A stretch of DNA of 63,979 nucleotides, counting the filler, from Circinaria calcarea (Eukaryota): assembly GCA_051942165.1 (NCBI GenBank). It is 3 parts of 3 records of this genome, joined end to end, with 100 filler letters (N's around TTAATTAATTAA, not from the genome) between each part and the next. Parts side by side here need not be neighbours in the genome. Positions count along the whole stretch, not along the records: positions 1 to 22,168 come from JAVECS010000130.1; 2 more parts are not named here. One strand, given 5' to 3'. This document shows positions 1 through 12,228 of the stretch, one piece after another. The first letter of the stretch is position 1, and every line of letters begins with the position of its first letter. A program made the position numbers and the translations under genes. The notes beneath the pieces were generated by a model, which was given only the letters and a program-made list of their open reading frames with translations, had not been told where the DNA came from and ran no database searches.

Positions 1-1031
1 GATGGGTCTTCCACAAGAACTGTGCTTGAAGAAGGTAGTCCGGAACCAATATCAAGCTGTAAGTAAAATGGATTTTGCTGCTCTTCATTCGGTGTCTGTT
101 CAGATGTTAACCTATTCCAGATCCTGCGGTGACTGGAGGGAGTTCCAAAGATCTTGGCACAATCTTTGTCCAGTTTCAAATTCCCCAGATGGAAACTGCC
201 AAATTCCCAGCAAAGGAATCATTGCCAGGAAGGATTTCGCAAGACGATTTATCTCTAATGCTAAGGGGAAATCAGCAGAGCAAACCACTTCCGGGAAAAA
301 TCCACCAGCATCACAGCGAGGTAGACGTGGAAGCACTCCTTGAGAAGAAAGCACTTTCTGAGGCTGTTTACAAGAACGTATCTCGCCGCATCGAGGGTAT
401 TCAAAGCAGACAGGCGTCTCTGGAGAGTCGCTATCCAGCTAGTGTGGCAATCGCCTGACGTGCAGTGGTTAATGCGGAGCGTATCATCCCATTGACCAAA
501 ACCATGGATGAGCATAAGGCCATTATGGACGAGGTAAATGATATCCTTGAACGGCTCCGAAAGCAGAATGAATCCCAGTTCTACACACCAAGACCAGTCA
601 ACGACTATGATGAATTCCAAAACGACAAAGGATTTCGCGGTAGTCCTACGTTCGATGCCACCAATTGGTCCAATCGTGACGAGCTTGTCTATGGTGTTCC
701 TGGGAATCAAGGCGGTGTTGGACTACGCTATGGGAATGAGCACTATCAGACCGCTCGATCCCGCCGCAACACGCGAATGCATTGGGGATTCAACAACTAC
801 GGAACTAGAAAATGCCGGGACTGGATCTACCGCGGGCATGCGCATAATACCGGCGTTGCTGCCTACTGTCAAAGCAGGGTGACTGGCGGGAGGATATACG
901 GCGGGGGGACATTTGGAGAGCAAGGAGTCACTCAGTATGGCACAGCGTCTTATCAGGGGAATACAGCATCTCGTCGGGCGGTACCTTTTCATCCAGCCGT
1001 TCAACATCTCAGGGGTCCAAGTCATGTTTGA
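1..1031 (+). pseudogene. Array copy A: 5'-truncated paralogue of the CCCH/helical-domain family, with an in-frame TGA at 456-458
   Basis: Intron 59-120 (GTAAGT..TGTTAAC..CAG, phase 1) is followed by YPAVTGG, the family motif. ORFs 129-458 and 465-1031 are in the same frame. Joined across the TGA they give EKKALSE...DEHKAIMDEVNDIL, which aligns with copies B-D. Confidence 0.65.
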
Positions 1032-2174
1032 CATGGGCTATCTTAGAGAGCAGTGACACGGGGTAGATGAAGATGCGGGTGCCAAACGAAGGGTCAATAG
1101 GGTATGGTGAGTCAATACGCCATCATAGGCAGAGGCGTTGACTTGGGAATTCTTCTGGAGCATCACTCACATAGCGCCGAGCTTTAGGTTTCAGAGGCTT
1201 TTGTTGCTAAAGCCGGATGTGCTAAAAGCAGAAATCAAATGAAGCATGTCATTAGTCTTAAGCAATATGTATGATGGCATGTATTGCTATCTGAGTGTGT
1301 AGTTATCTAAATTAGCATACAGCGAAAAGTTGTTTTTGAGAGGTTTGTAGAGAGTGTTGAGCGTGGACTACGTATTACGAGTAGGTAACACGTGACTCGG
1401 TAAGCCCTATGCTTTCCAACAAATTAGGTCCACTCGGGCTCCGAGAGCAACTAGTTAGAGTTACACGTTTGAAACTTACAGATCGAATAGGAATTCGCAA
1501 ACCGAATCCTGCCATAACCTTCACGTATCTGTAACTTCGCAATCACTGTAGACATTGCCGTTGACACGTAGAATTTAGTAGCCCATCATTCCCAGCAAAT
1601 TCACAGCAAGTAGCAGTAGATGAATGCCTCTGTCATTGGTAGAATATGTAACAGTACCCATTTCGTATTGCCTCCATCTGAATTCCCAAGCTCTGGTAGC
1701 TGAACATCTATCCTCTCCTTGTGTGTATATATATATATGAAAAGGTCTGACCACGTGAGGGGAGTACCCTAAGGAGGATCTAGCTCTCCGAGTCCGGTGG
1801 TACGTGGGATATCTCCGCTTGTCCAACACTTGATGCTCGATAGATATTCCGGGTCTTGATATAGGTGTTGTTTCTGCTCGCTACACCTAGATGTGATTCT
1901 ACCGTAGTGCTATCCGTTACTTTAATCTCAATCGTTCCTACCTTAGATCTCTTCGTCAACATCTCACACACTTGCAGACCTTGCCATACCTTGACACTCT
2001 CTGAAAGTCGTAGCATCAACGTCCTCTTCTGTTGCTATTAGCTTCTGTGTAGGAAGTGGACCTGCAAATTCAGAAGGTAGGTATCTGTCGTTCTGTTACT
2101 CATACTGCCCCGCTCATATACCTGTGCCTCTTGTCTCTAGCACCTCAAAAAAGCTTCTGAATCAGACTGTTGAG

Positions 2175-3161
2175 ATGAGCCAAATCGGTCAGCACGAGGA
2201 GTCTCTGGCAGGCCAACAACACACTCCGATGCAAAGAAACGCATCTCTTCAAAGACACGTCGCTGTCCATCGTGCAGATCCAGGAAGCAGTCACCTAAAT
2301 CGTCGTGCCTCTATCGCACGGGTTCGTGGTCATGTGCATCGTCCAAGTCGTCTCCGGGATTGTATCACACTTGATACTCCTAGCCGTCTTCGCGATATTG
2401 TTGCGACAGAGCCTGCGCTTGAGAACGACTCGAGCACGGCCTCCAATCCGCCACACTTGGATGTTCCAAATTCGACGCCGAGAAACGAACGACCTGATTC
2501 CGGGGATAGCAACATCGAAGCCAACACCCCACGGGTTGTACAGACCGAGCAGAATCCTCGTTCGGTCAAGAATATAACGTGCCACTGGTGGGCTACGAAG
2601 GTGTGCAGGTATACAGAGGACGAGTGCTTGTATGCCCACTCGATCCAGAAGACGATTGCTGAGCAGCCGCGGAAGCTCGATCCCAATGGTAAGTCAATGT
2701 GTTCGACCTCGAAGTACAGATCTGATATTTTCCATAAAGGGCCTCCTGTTGCAGGGCGAAACGCTCATTCGTCCAGACCAGTTCATCGAGATTGGCGAAG
2801 CGCACATCAGCTTCCACGTCCCGCAAATAATCTCGAGGCAGCTCTCCCAATCCAGCAACCGGAGGTCCAAAGGTCCTCCCAACAGCAAGTATCAGATCTC
2901 GCCGAAAAGATCGAGACTGAGATTGAAGAGATGAAGAAGAAGAGGGGTATCTCAGAGAGTGTTATTGCAGACATCTGCAATAAAGTGGACTCCGAGCTCC
3001 GCTACGGACGGGGTCTACAGCAACAGCTTGGGTACTTTGAAGCCGTACCACAGACCGAGATCATTATGAATTGGGTCTTCGCCGCGAATGACATTGTAAG
3101 GCAGCATAGAATCATAATCGATTCTATCAATGAAGAGCTTGGAGCTATGGGAAAGCTCTAA
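2175..3161 (+). CDS. Array copy B: CCCH (C-x7-C-x6-C-x3-H) zinc-finger protein with C-terminal helical domain
   Basis: Finger KNITCHWWATKVCRYTEDECLYAH. In-frame 51-nt intron 2689-2739 (GTAAGT..AAAG) gives DPNG-PPVAGRNA. Probable 5'UTR intron 2077-2140. ATG at 2175. Confidence 0.8.
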   Translation: MSQIGQHEESLAGQQHTPMQRNASLQRHVAVHRADPGSSHLNRRASIARVRGHVHRPSRLRDCITLDTPSRLRDIVATEPALENDSSTASNPPHLDVPNSTPRNERPDSGDSNIEANTPRVVQTEQNPRSVKNITCHWWATKVCRYTEDECLYAHSIQKTIAEQPRKLDPNGKSMCSTSKYRSDIFHKGPPVAGRNAHSSRPVHRDWRSAHQLPRPANNLEAALPIQQPEVQRSSQQQVSDLAEKIETEIEEMKKKRGISESVIADICNKVDSELRYGRGLQQQLGYFEAVPQTEIIMNWVFAANDIVRQHRIIIDSINEELGAMGKL

Positions 3162-4513
3162 GTGAAGACAGGGAAGTGGTTTCAGAGAATGGATAGATGG
3201 GAGGGATGATTTATATGTATGGGGCGAAACGTTTACGTAAAGACAAAACTTTGGATCTATTGCTGCAACGGATAATTCGCGCATCTGCAGGTCGTAATTG
3301 GTCACGTCTGGTACTCTCGCGATGCGCCGCAGTAGCAAAGACTGGAAACTGTTTATCCTATACCTGAGAAAAGGTTTCTTGACAAATAGACAGATGTATA
3401 TTGTGTTCTCTCAGAAATAAGGATCATGTTGTTGGGGCTTACGTAAGCCGACCAGTATTTTAGCGAACTCTCTTGCTCTTACCTAGTTACATGAACATGC
3501 AGAAAATTCCAAGATCCTTGAACGTAGTGCATTGCAGGAATACAATGTGTGGTAAGAGGTTTGGTGAAAAGTCTAAACGGCTCAAGCGCGTTGCCTAGAC
3601 AACGCTAGTGCCCGGCCTGGAACATCAATTTCACCGCTCCATGCTCCGTTTGTAAACATAGATTCGCTAGGCCCTTCAGTTACCTACAAGGAGTGTAAGA
3701 TGTTTACATGGCCGTTGTCATTCTAACCATGTGTTATATAGCCTTCCGGTAGTAGTTGTAGGCTTTAACTAATAAGCCCTCATTAATACCCATCGTTCTG
3801 AGCGCAGCGACATCTACTTGAAATCCATTCTTGTCCAGCTGCCTGCCGTGAAAGAAATACGGAAAGTACTCGCACGAACCTCTACACCTATATCTTCCCC
3901 ACCAACAACTCTAGGGGACCGTATCTAAGCAATCAAGGCATGTGTTTGTCTTCACTTGTACTTAAGGTCACCAGAACTCTTCCTTCCTTCCTAAATGAGC
4001 TTCATAGATTGCTCCCTTGACTGCGTAAACTTATAAAGCTTCTAATATGTAGATATTTATGCCTCAGTACTAGAAGTATAAAGTATAAATGCTAGCGAGT
4101 CATACGTCTGGACGATAGTTATTTACGGAGTGTTGGGCGTTTGTCTCATACAATGCTTTAGATGGTCTTGCCGAAACCCACATGAGTACACCCACAAGTA
4201 GGGGCCAGGACCAAAGTGATAACCCTAACCCTAGCTCCGTAGCGCCAAGGGCCCCGGAGAGCTAAACATATGAATACGATTTTGATGCAAACATTACTCC
4301 CTGCCTTACATATATCTGTCCTAACTCATAATATCTTTCAACTGGGAGTAGTTTCTAACCTACCCCTACCACTGTCCTCCAACCAGCGATTCTTTCAAGA
4401 AGAAATTACAGAAAGCATTCTAGTGGGTTGATGGCAGTTTCTCACCACAACGTTCTCCTTCCTCACTAAAATTAATCATAGGCAGTTTAGCCGAAGTGTC
4501 GAAATAATCCTAG

Positions 4514-5553
4514 ATGAACTTGTCAACAAAGCAGTCCGGGAAACCGCTCCATAACAGAATAGCTGCAATCCGTGGCTACCGCCGTCCACTAGAACAGCCA
4601 AGAGCGTCAAAGGAAGTTCTCTTGAATGCTCCCCCAAGAATACGAACACTCTTGTCCAACGAAACTGCACTGAGAACATCACCAAAGGGGATCTCGAGTA
4701 ATGTCGGAACAAGCTCGACAGGGTCCTCACCAATTGCGGGCATTCAAGTAGAGCATGTGAACTATTCTGCATTCTTTTCTCCCGCCCATTATTCTCCTGC
4801 TTCGAGTGCATCAAGTTCGAGTACATATGAGCAAGGGGATATAGCCAACAAGACGAGCCCGGGAATAGGCTCTAAAGTTGGCGCTGCTTTCCAAGAAGAT
4901 CCAGATTCAGGTGAACGTGTCACATGCAAATACTGGAACTGTCATTTAGCAAACTGTAAACATGAAGTGGAGGAATGCTTGCATGCCTCCAAGGAAGCAC
5001 ATCGCAAGGGAGAAGGGACTAGCGAGATCGACGTTGGGCGTACGCGAATCCGATGTTGATATGTGATTGCCACCAACTGACATAGTTAAAAGGACCTGCT
5101 GTCACTAGAGGGTATGAGGTATCAATCTATCAAGCAGGCATGAATTGGCACGAGACGGATTTCTCCACTCCATGGCCAAGTCCACTCTCCCAGGAGCAAC
5201 CTTCATCTACCCCCAGCATCGAACGGGAGTTATACGACATGTCAGCAAGACGAGTCTTAAATTATGCACAACAAGTAAAAGAAAGCATGGACGATGCAGT
5301 TCAAGCTTTAAGGGAGAAAAGAGAAATCTCCGAGCAGTCAATTGCAAACTTACTACAGAACGTCAATTATGTTCTCGACATAAGTAGAGACATGGTTTTG
5401 CGTTGTGGGTACCTTGAGGCAATATCTAAGATGAACGCAGTCCTTCGCGTGGTTACTGCCATGCATGAGATGGTCGATCAGCATCGTGCTATTAATGACG
5501 AGATAGATGAGATCTTTTGGCGTCTCGGGGTGTACAAGACAGGTGCAGAGTGA
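4514..5553 (+). CDS. Array copy C: degenerate CCCH zinc-finger protein with C-terminal helical domain
   Basis: RVTCKYWNCHLANCKHEVEECLHAS has Ser at the 4th ligand. Intron 5040-5092 (GTACGC..CTGAC..AAG) joins ORF 4514 to ORF 5140 in frame via RPAVTRG. C-terminus EKREISEQ...DQHRAINDEIDEIF. Confidence 0.75.
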
Positions 5554-6277
5554 TGAGATAGGTAGGATGCATTGAATTGAACAGAGATATGGATTCGAAG
5601 GATTGGGTAGGACCATCAAGAATTGCTAGAGTGAGGAGAACAAGACTGTGGCCAGAAGTTCCGTGCCCTAGGATGTAGCTGCAGAGTTACGTCAATTTTC
5701 GCCTGGTGTGATACCTAGGTAGCAAAGAAGATCTGTTCAGGTACTCAGCCCTTTCTCAAAAGAACACTTGTCGTGAAATCGTGATTTCTTCCAACATATG
5801 CTCTAACCATTGGCAGCTTCTAGAGATTAGACATTTTCATCCAGAAATTCGGATGCACATTGGGAAAGCCTATTGGTATAAGCGAGCATGCAAGGAGCAC
5901 ACCTACCCGTAGGGCTAGATAGACAATCGTTAGCTGAAGCGAGTTAGCATTTGTAAAGGCCTAATAATGCCATTTTTGATTACTCCATCTTCAAACCCAT
6001 GTTGGGTTCCAGAATGGACACAAGCCCTATTGTCCATTGTTGCTGTGTTAACTTGGCTAGATTGTGTAGGCTCGCAAGGTATCCTTAAATACCTGACTCT
6101 TCGAAGGCCTTTTTCTTCGTCATCACAGGCACGATTAGAACTGGGACTTGCCTTGACCAAACTGAGAAGACCGTATTGACACATCGTTGAAAATACAGGT
6201 AGTACCGGCTCTCTCCTAGCATGAAATAATACTCGTCTGACAAATATGAGCAAAGCAGGCGAGCTCTGCTTTTCGAC

Positions 6278-7200
6278 ATGGACAGCATGAACGTACTGCC
6301 TAATAGGAGTGTTGCCGCCCTTCAACCTAAATACCATACATCCAGTCTTTCAAATATGCACCTTACACCCTCGAATAGAGATACCCTTGCCTCTTCTTGC
6401 CATCTCGACGACACAGCTACGGCGAACCCAGCTCCGCTTCTCCAGCAGTCTATAAGCATCCAGGGACTTCGAAACGATCGTCCGAGTCTTCGTGTTTTAC
6501 AGTGCCATCCAAAGTCGCCTTGGGTGGGGCGTTTGAAATCAGAGCCAGAAGTTCCATCCTCTTTGCCTTCAACCATGCAATCTTTTGCCAGTAAAGTGGA
6601 AGACTTCGCGCGTGCTGAACATCGGGGCGATGAGGCGAACAGAGTAGCGGATGGTAAGCCCTGCTTTCGGTGTACTCTTACTAAGCAGTGTTATTCTGGC
6701 ACCGGAGTGCTAACCTTTTGGAACCGACCTCAGCCACCAGAAAAGATACACAAGAGCCTCGTTCAACCCACTTTAACTGGCGCCAAAAATATTTTCCCGG
6801 CGTTAAAATCTCCAATACAGGTCATAGCATCAATCCGAAATTCACTTCGAAGCCGATTCCAACTCTCAATTTCCCAATCAGTTCAGAGGGAGTAGCTCAC
6901 TCTCCAAAGAGGAACCACGAAACAAGACGCGCTCACGAGGTGGATGTGGGGGCACTGAAAGTAGAAAGAGCTATATCGGAGGAGGCTATCGCGGGTCTGA
7001 TAAAACTATTGGACTCCATTCTCGCAACAGCAAGATTGTTGACACAACGATTGGGTTTCATAGCGGTAATACCGCAAACGGACCCCATCCTCGAGATGGT
7101 TGTTGGAATTAACGAGATGGTTGGGCATCATCGATCAACGATTGATAAGATAGACGCTACTTTGAGGGAGGCTGGCAAACGAATCGAAAATGAGATATGA
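6278..7200 (+). CDS. Array copy D: family member lacking the zinc finger, helical domain retained
   Basis: Phase-1 intron 6654-6733 (GTAAGC..TGCTAAC..CAG; alternative in-frame acceptor at 6688) joins ORFs 6278 and 6688. C-terminus ERAISEEAI...LGFIAVIPQTDPI...GHHRSTIDKID matches copy B LGYFEAVPQTEII...QHRIIIDSIN. Confidence 0.7.
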
Positions 7201-7560
7201 CAGTAGGCTGATCGAGGACGTTTTGGTAAAGAGTAGTTCTGCTTTTCTAGACATAACAGGGGAGAGATGGATAGAGGGAGGTGTTGAATATCGGAAAACC
7301 AGATAGAGAGCATGCACAGTCTCGAAATCCGTGTTTCAATAGTAATATTTATGTCTATGTCTCGAGATCGCGTTCATTAATGGAGTGCCATGGTTATATC
7401 TTGTTATTTTTGATTGCAAGACACGACGTCGACCCCAATCTAGCTTTCCCCAGCAAAGCTTAGCTTCATCCGCAAGCAACACCCGCGCGGTTAACCCCTT
7501 GACCTTGACAACGCGTTTTTCGACATCTGCCCATTTTTCATATTTCCCGATTCGCATGTA

Positions 7561-7786
7561 AGAGTATAGAGCATAAGTCATTGGCCACCCCCCATTTTTT
7601 CCAAGTCCACTCACCGCAGAGTAAATTGATCATTTCGGTAAATTACGGCCCACCTCGACTAGCTAGCCGGGATACCCTTCTGATAGTGGTGGGTGGGGCC
7701 GTAATTTACCGAAATTATCAATTTACCCTGCGGTGAGCGGACTTGAAAAAAATGGGGGGTGGCCAATGACTTATGCTTTATACTCT
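7561..7786. mobile_element. 226-bp MITE with ~90-bp terminal inverted repeats and flanking TA (Tc1/mariner-type)
   Basis: 7561-7650 is the reverse complement of 7697-7786 with 5 mismatches. TA at 7559-7560 and 7787-7788. No coding capacity. Confidence 0.85.
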
Positions 7787-10354
7787 TACCAACCCGCAGT
7801 AATTCACCAGAATAGCTCCGATATCGGCCTTGCAGCATCGACCTTTCATATGGATCTGTACCCAAAACTATGCCCCAGCTGTATGTTCTGTACCGTACAA
7901 CTGACTCACCAAATAGCAGACCGAAGGCTCATCCGCGGCTGTGATAACAAATCATCATCGTACTCGACTTCGCCGCTAGTTACCTGCTGGTATCTCATGG
8001 TCTGTGAAGATACGAGAAACTTGACCACAATCCGTACCTGGTTCCCCAGCCAAAACTTTAAAGCCAGTTGACTGCCGCCTCTCTTCTACCTCATTACTGT
8101 GCAGTACTATTCCTCAGAGGTGCCGCTTTCAATAACTAATTTTTTACCGATTCTAATACTTCGAACAAGCCTGTCATATCGGTGAAGTCCAATTTCCGCA
8201 GCGAATTCCGCTTGGTTGTCTCCTTGTCTCTTCAATTGACCCTTCTGGCCATATCTTGTAACTATTGTTTGATATTAATCCCATATTGTAGGCTTCTTGA
8301 TTAACTTTTCCTGCAGCAATGGAGTTTCTAGTAACGTGCTGACGAAAGCCATATTCCGCCCCTCAAGTCAGTCGGCTGGTGCTGGACCCAGACGAGAACC
8401 TAGTAAAAGGCTTCACCACACTAAGAGTCTGCATTCAACTATATGCTTGTGACTACAGAGATTTATCTCAGAAATTGCTCTGCTCATTACCATAAGCCCC
8501 AGCCCGAGCACTGTTGCCGGATCTTGATCTTTTACCTAGGAGACTAATGGAATGTTTTAGGGAACTTAAGAAATAAGTCGTTGACTCATAGAACTGTTCA
8601 GGACACTCACGGAATTGTTCAAGAGACCCATAAAACAGGTAGCTATGGGTAACATATTTGCTGCAAGGTAGTGACTCTTCACTGCTGCGTGTCGGATAAC
8701 GGCTGGCTATGCTCCCAACTTTGCTGAGGGTTGGGCGTGATTCATAAGTTTGCTTGGTGGATCTTCAGTCTGTTGTATAACCAGGGCTTTCAAGCTATCT
8801 CCAGGGTCGATCAATCACCTTAGCCTTCTTTCTTCCAAAGGGAATGCGATCTTCTAACCAATGAGCTGTGCGTCCGCCTAGGAATTGTTAGCCTTTTTAC
8901 CCCCAGTTTCTTCCGGTGATAGGACAAGCTTTTTCTGTAACTTCTTTCCTTCCACTACTCCTATGGCCAGATTCTGGTAAAATGATGTGGTTCTGAATTG
9001 CTGTAGGTACTGGGAGACTTGAAGTAACAATGGGATCTCCTGTGTCTGGAAACTTAGCATTGTACTCTCCTCACATCCTACAGCCGTTGCCAAGTGTCCA
9101 CTGTTGACATTTTATAGTTGCTTCGAATCTGCACTCGCCTTATGGTCAACGACGATAGGTCTACAAGCCTCGTTTGACAAATATCTTGATGCGTCAGGCG
9201 TTTCGATTAGGAGCTCGACTGCATAGGTACAGTTTCAAGAAGGAAGCTCAGTAAACGTAGTGCGGACATACTATCTTCAAAAAGCGGCTGAAGAGCATAA
9301 GTCAAGAGAGGTTTGTAAAGCTGCTTTCAGAGAGAGGATCAGGGGAAACTCGTCTTAGAGCGGACCAGACGTAAGTACATGTACTATTGGTTTTTTCAAT
9401 CTTTTTCACGGTTAGAATTTCCGAAGGGAAGAGACTCGACTTGGAAGGAAGCCTCATGGTAATGTAAATATGATAGGGCTCCTTGCGAGAGGTTCGTAAG
9501 AGTCTATGTTTTGTGTAGGTGGCTTTCGTTTCAAACATGATCTTCAGTTGGTGGCTAGGGAGAGAAGAGGGTACTTCCTCAGAGCTTTAGCAAGGTTTGG
9601 CTAAGCTACATGGAGGACTGCCATTGAGTCTCCATCTGTTGCTTCTCTTCGGTAGAAAACTCTCGTCCTGTCGTCGATGTTGGCTACTGACCTTGTCACT
9701 ACAGACGCTCCGAGGTAGAGTGCATGTGGGTGCAGAAGATTAAGGTAAGAGCTTAACAACTGACCAGTACCCAGATGGTTGCTGCCGCCCGTGTTGATTA
9801 TGGTCTTGCAACTCAAACAGATGCATGTTGGCACGAGGAAGGCACTGGGTATTAGGGACGAAAAAGGTACCATGTTTGATTCAAACAGAGCGATGATAAC
9901 TTACTTCTGTTATCAGGTACTGACACATTGGTATAAATTTGTGCGCAATCCAGACAGGTAAAACATTCTGTCAATCTCGCCTAGAATCCGCTTGCCCTCT
10001 TCAGTATATAGTGTAGTGTCAACTAACTCCTTTTATTCATCTTCGTTAAATTCTTCACTGAGTCATCCTTAATCATAAAACCCACAAAAACCGGAGACTT
10101 TCTTATTTTGTCCAACCTTAGGAAATCCCAAGATTAACCAGCTCTTGATCCCTCAGCTTTTCACTCCTTTACCAGCTTCATCTTTTTCGTCCTTCGGTGT
10201 TGTGACTCCTTGATCAACAGAGCCATCACACCTTTTTCAGTTCGCTCTCAAGCACACAGATTCTTGATAGAAAGTGTAAGTATTTCTGCGTTCTCGACTT
10301 ATCTTACCATCTCAGGTCTGATACGCTATTATGATAGCACTCGATCCCTCACAA

Positions 10355-11622
10355 ATGAATCCCTCTACCCAGAACTTAAGGCCCGGGTCTGGTCGACCAG
10401 ATTCAAGTAATCCTGGCTCATCTCGTCGAGGTCAGAGTGAAGGCTACAATACTCGCCCTGATGAGTCCCTATACACTGGCAGTGTCGGAATGGGAACGGA
10501 AAGCCCGAGGTCGACTTATAGCCAGCTGGGCTATGGCAACCCAACTGTAAACCGTTCCGGCCACCTCTCAAGCAACTGGCAGCCCTATACTGGCCACCTC
10601 AGCAGTGAATTCGGGGATCCAAGGAATACCAAGCGTGAAGTCGATGAGCTTACCTATGAGTCTGGTTCATCTGGTTTACGCATGGGTGAAGAATCTGGTC
10701 TCTCAACACAGGATGCCTTCGAACACGGAGCATTTAGGGACCAGCTTCCACGTGGTGGAAAACACCACCGACAACCTAGACTCGACAGTGGTAGTGTCTC
10801 AAGTAGCTGTGGCGGTTCCAGATTTGATGACTTCGATGAGAACCCTCGTCACAACCTCTTCGGTGGTTCGAGAGACTCTCGCGCTCCTCGTAGCACAGAT
10901 TTTCGAAGCCCGGCTGACAAGCCCTCGGTGAAGCACTTGACATGTGTAAGTCCGTTACTCTGTTGCAACTATAAGATATTGACGAGAACTGGATAGTGGT
11001 ATTGGTGGTCACGCGGCTCCTGTATCCATTCTGACGAGAGTTGCCTATACTCTCACTACGACACCGGCGCACGCGCAGATCAACCAGTGAAGATGGATCC
11101 CAGCTGTGAGTAGACATAAATTTGAAAGATCTAAGAATCGGAAATATATGTTGTTAACTGTCAATAGTGCCATCTGTCGCCGGCCGCAACGCCATAGAGC
11201 TCGAGGGTAAGTATACGGAGCAACTAAAGAAAATTTCTCGGGCTGCAATGGGAGGAGAACCAACTGAGACTGGATATGCTTCCAACAAAAAGGTCGACCA
11301 GCTGGAGAACGCGGTCAAGACGCTTGGGACAAAGCTAGAGGAAGTGGCCCGAAATCAGGCTCAATGGAGTCAACAGGCAAGGCGCGAACATCAGCTAATG
11401 AGCGCGCTGTCACTGGCTGCCAAGCGAGGGGAGATCACCAACACCGAGCTGGAGCAGGTCGGCGCGAAGATGGAGGCGCGACTGAGGGAGGGAGAGGAGA
11501 CACTCAACCAATCGGTCACTGACATAGTGAATATCAACGACATGGTTAAGCGCCAGTTGGGTGTGGCCGGCTTCCATCAGTTGGGTGCGGCCAGTATCTC
11601 GAGTCGGCCGCGTCGTGGTTGA
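10355..11622 (+). CDS. Array copy E: CCCH (C-x8-C-x6-C-x3-H) zinc-finger protein with coiled-coil C-terminus
   Basis: Exons 10355-10945, 10997-11105 and 11168-11622. Introns 10946-10996 (GTAAGT..TAG) and 11106-11167 (GTGAGT..TAG) give KHLTC-WYWWSRGSCIHSDESCLYSH...MDPS-LPSVAGRNA. Confidence 0.85.
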
Positions 11623-12228
11623 TGCGGAAGGTGACATTCCAGTCACTTTTGGTAGACGTATGTATCAGCTCGACTAGAAAAGGCTGTGTGAAGGCTCTTG
11701 AAAATACAAAGCTAAGTATGTGATTTCGCATAATGCTTATCTAAAGAATTGCCTTGTATCGTGATCTAAATGTTAAACCCACAACTTGTTGATCGAGAAG
11801 CGCGTTTTGGTTTAGGGTCTGTGTTTACTAAAAACGAGACCTTTCGCGTAATCGTCCCAGTCCCTCTGCTATGTTCTCCTTTTCCTCCAGCAATGACTGT
11901 CACCTGAACCTGAGAAAGTGGGCACCCTTCTCATATAACACTTCGTACAATCCACGACTCTAAGGTCAACTCTAATCATGATAGCAAGTCCTGGCTGTGC
12001 ATTCCGTATGAAACTGTTAACTCCCTACCACCCACTGTGAATTCACTTAGAGTATCCAATCGGTGTTAGCTTGGTGAGTCTGATGAAATTCGCTTTTGTT
12101 GCTCCCAATGATTTGTTTCGTTCGATAGGAAGCAGATTGTAAATACAAAGGCAGTCATCTTGCAGTACTCCTAAAAGCACTTGCACTTACTTTTGCGGCT
12201 CATTTGGAAGTATCCTTACCAGTCAATC

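Noticed and set aside
4220..4233. TAACCCTAACCCTA telomere-like sequence
   Set aside because: Only about two units; expected by chance.
7336..8071. Two opposite-strand ORFs starting MSGL.KNGGWPMTYALYSY
   Set aside because: Artefact of the MITE inverted repeats.
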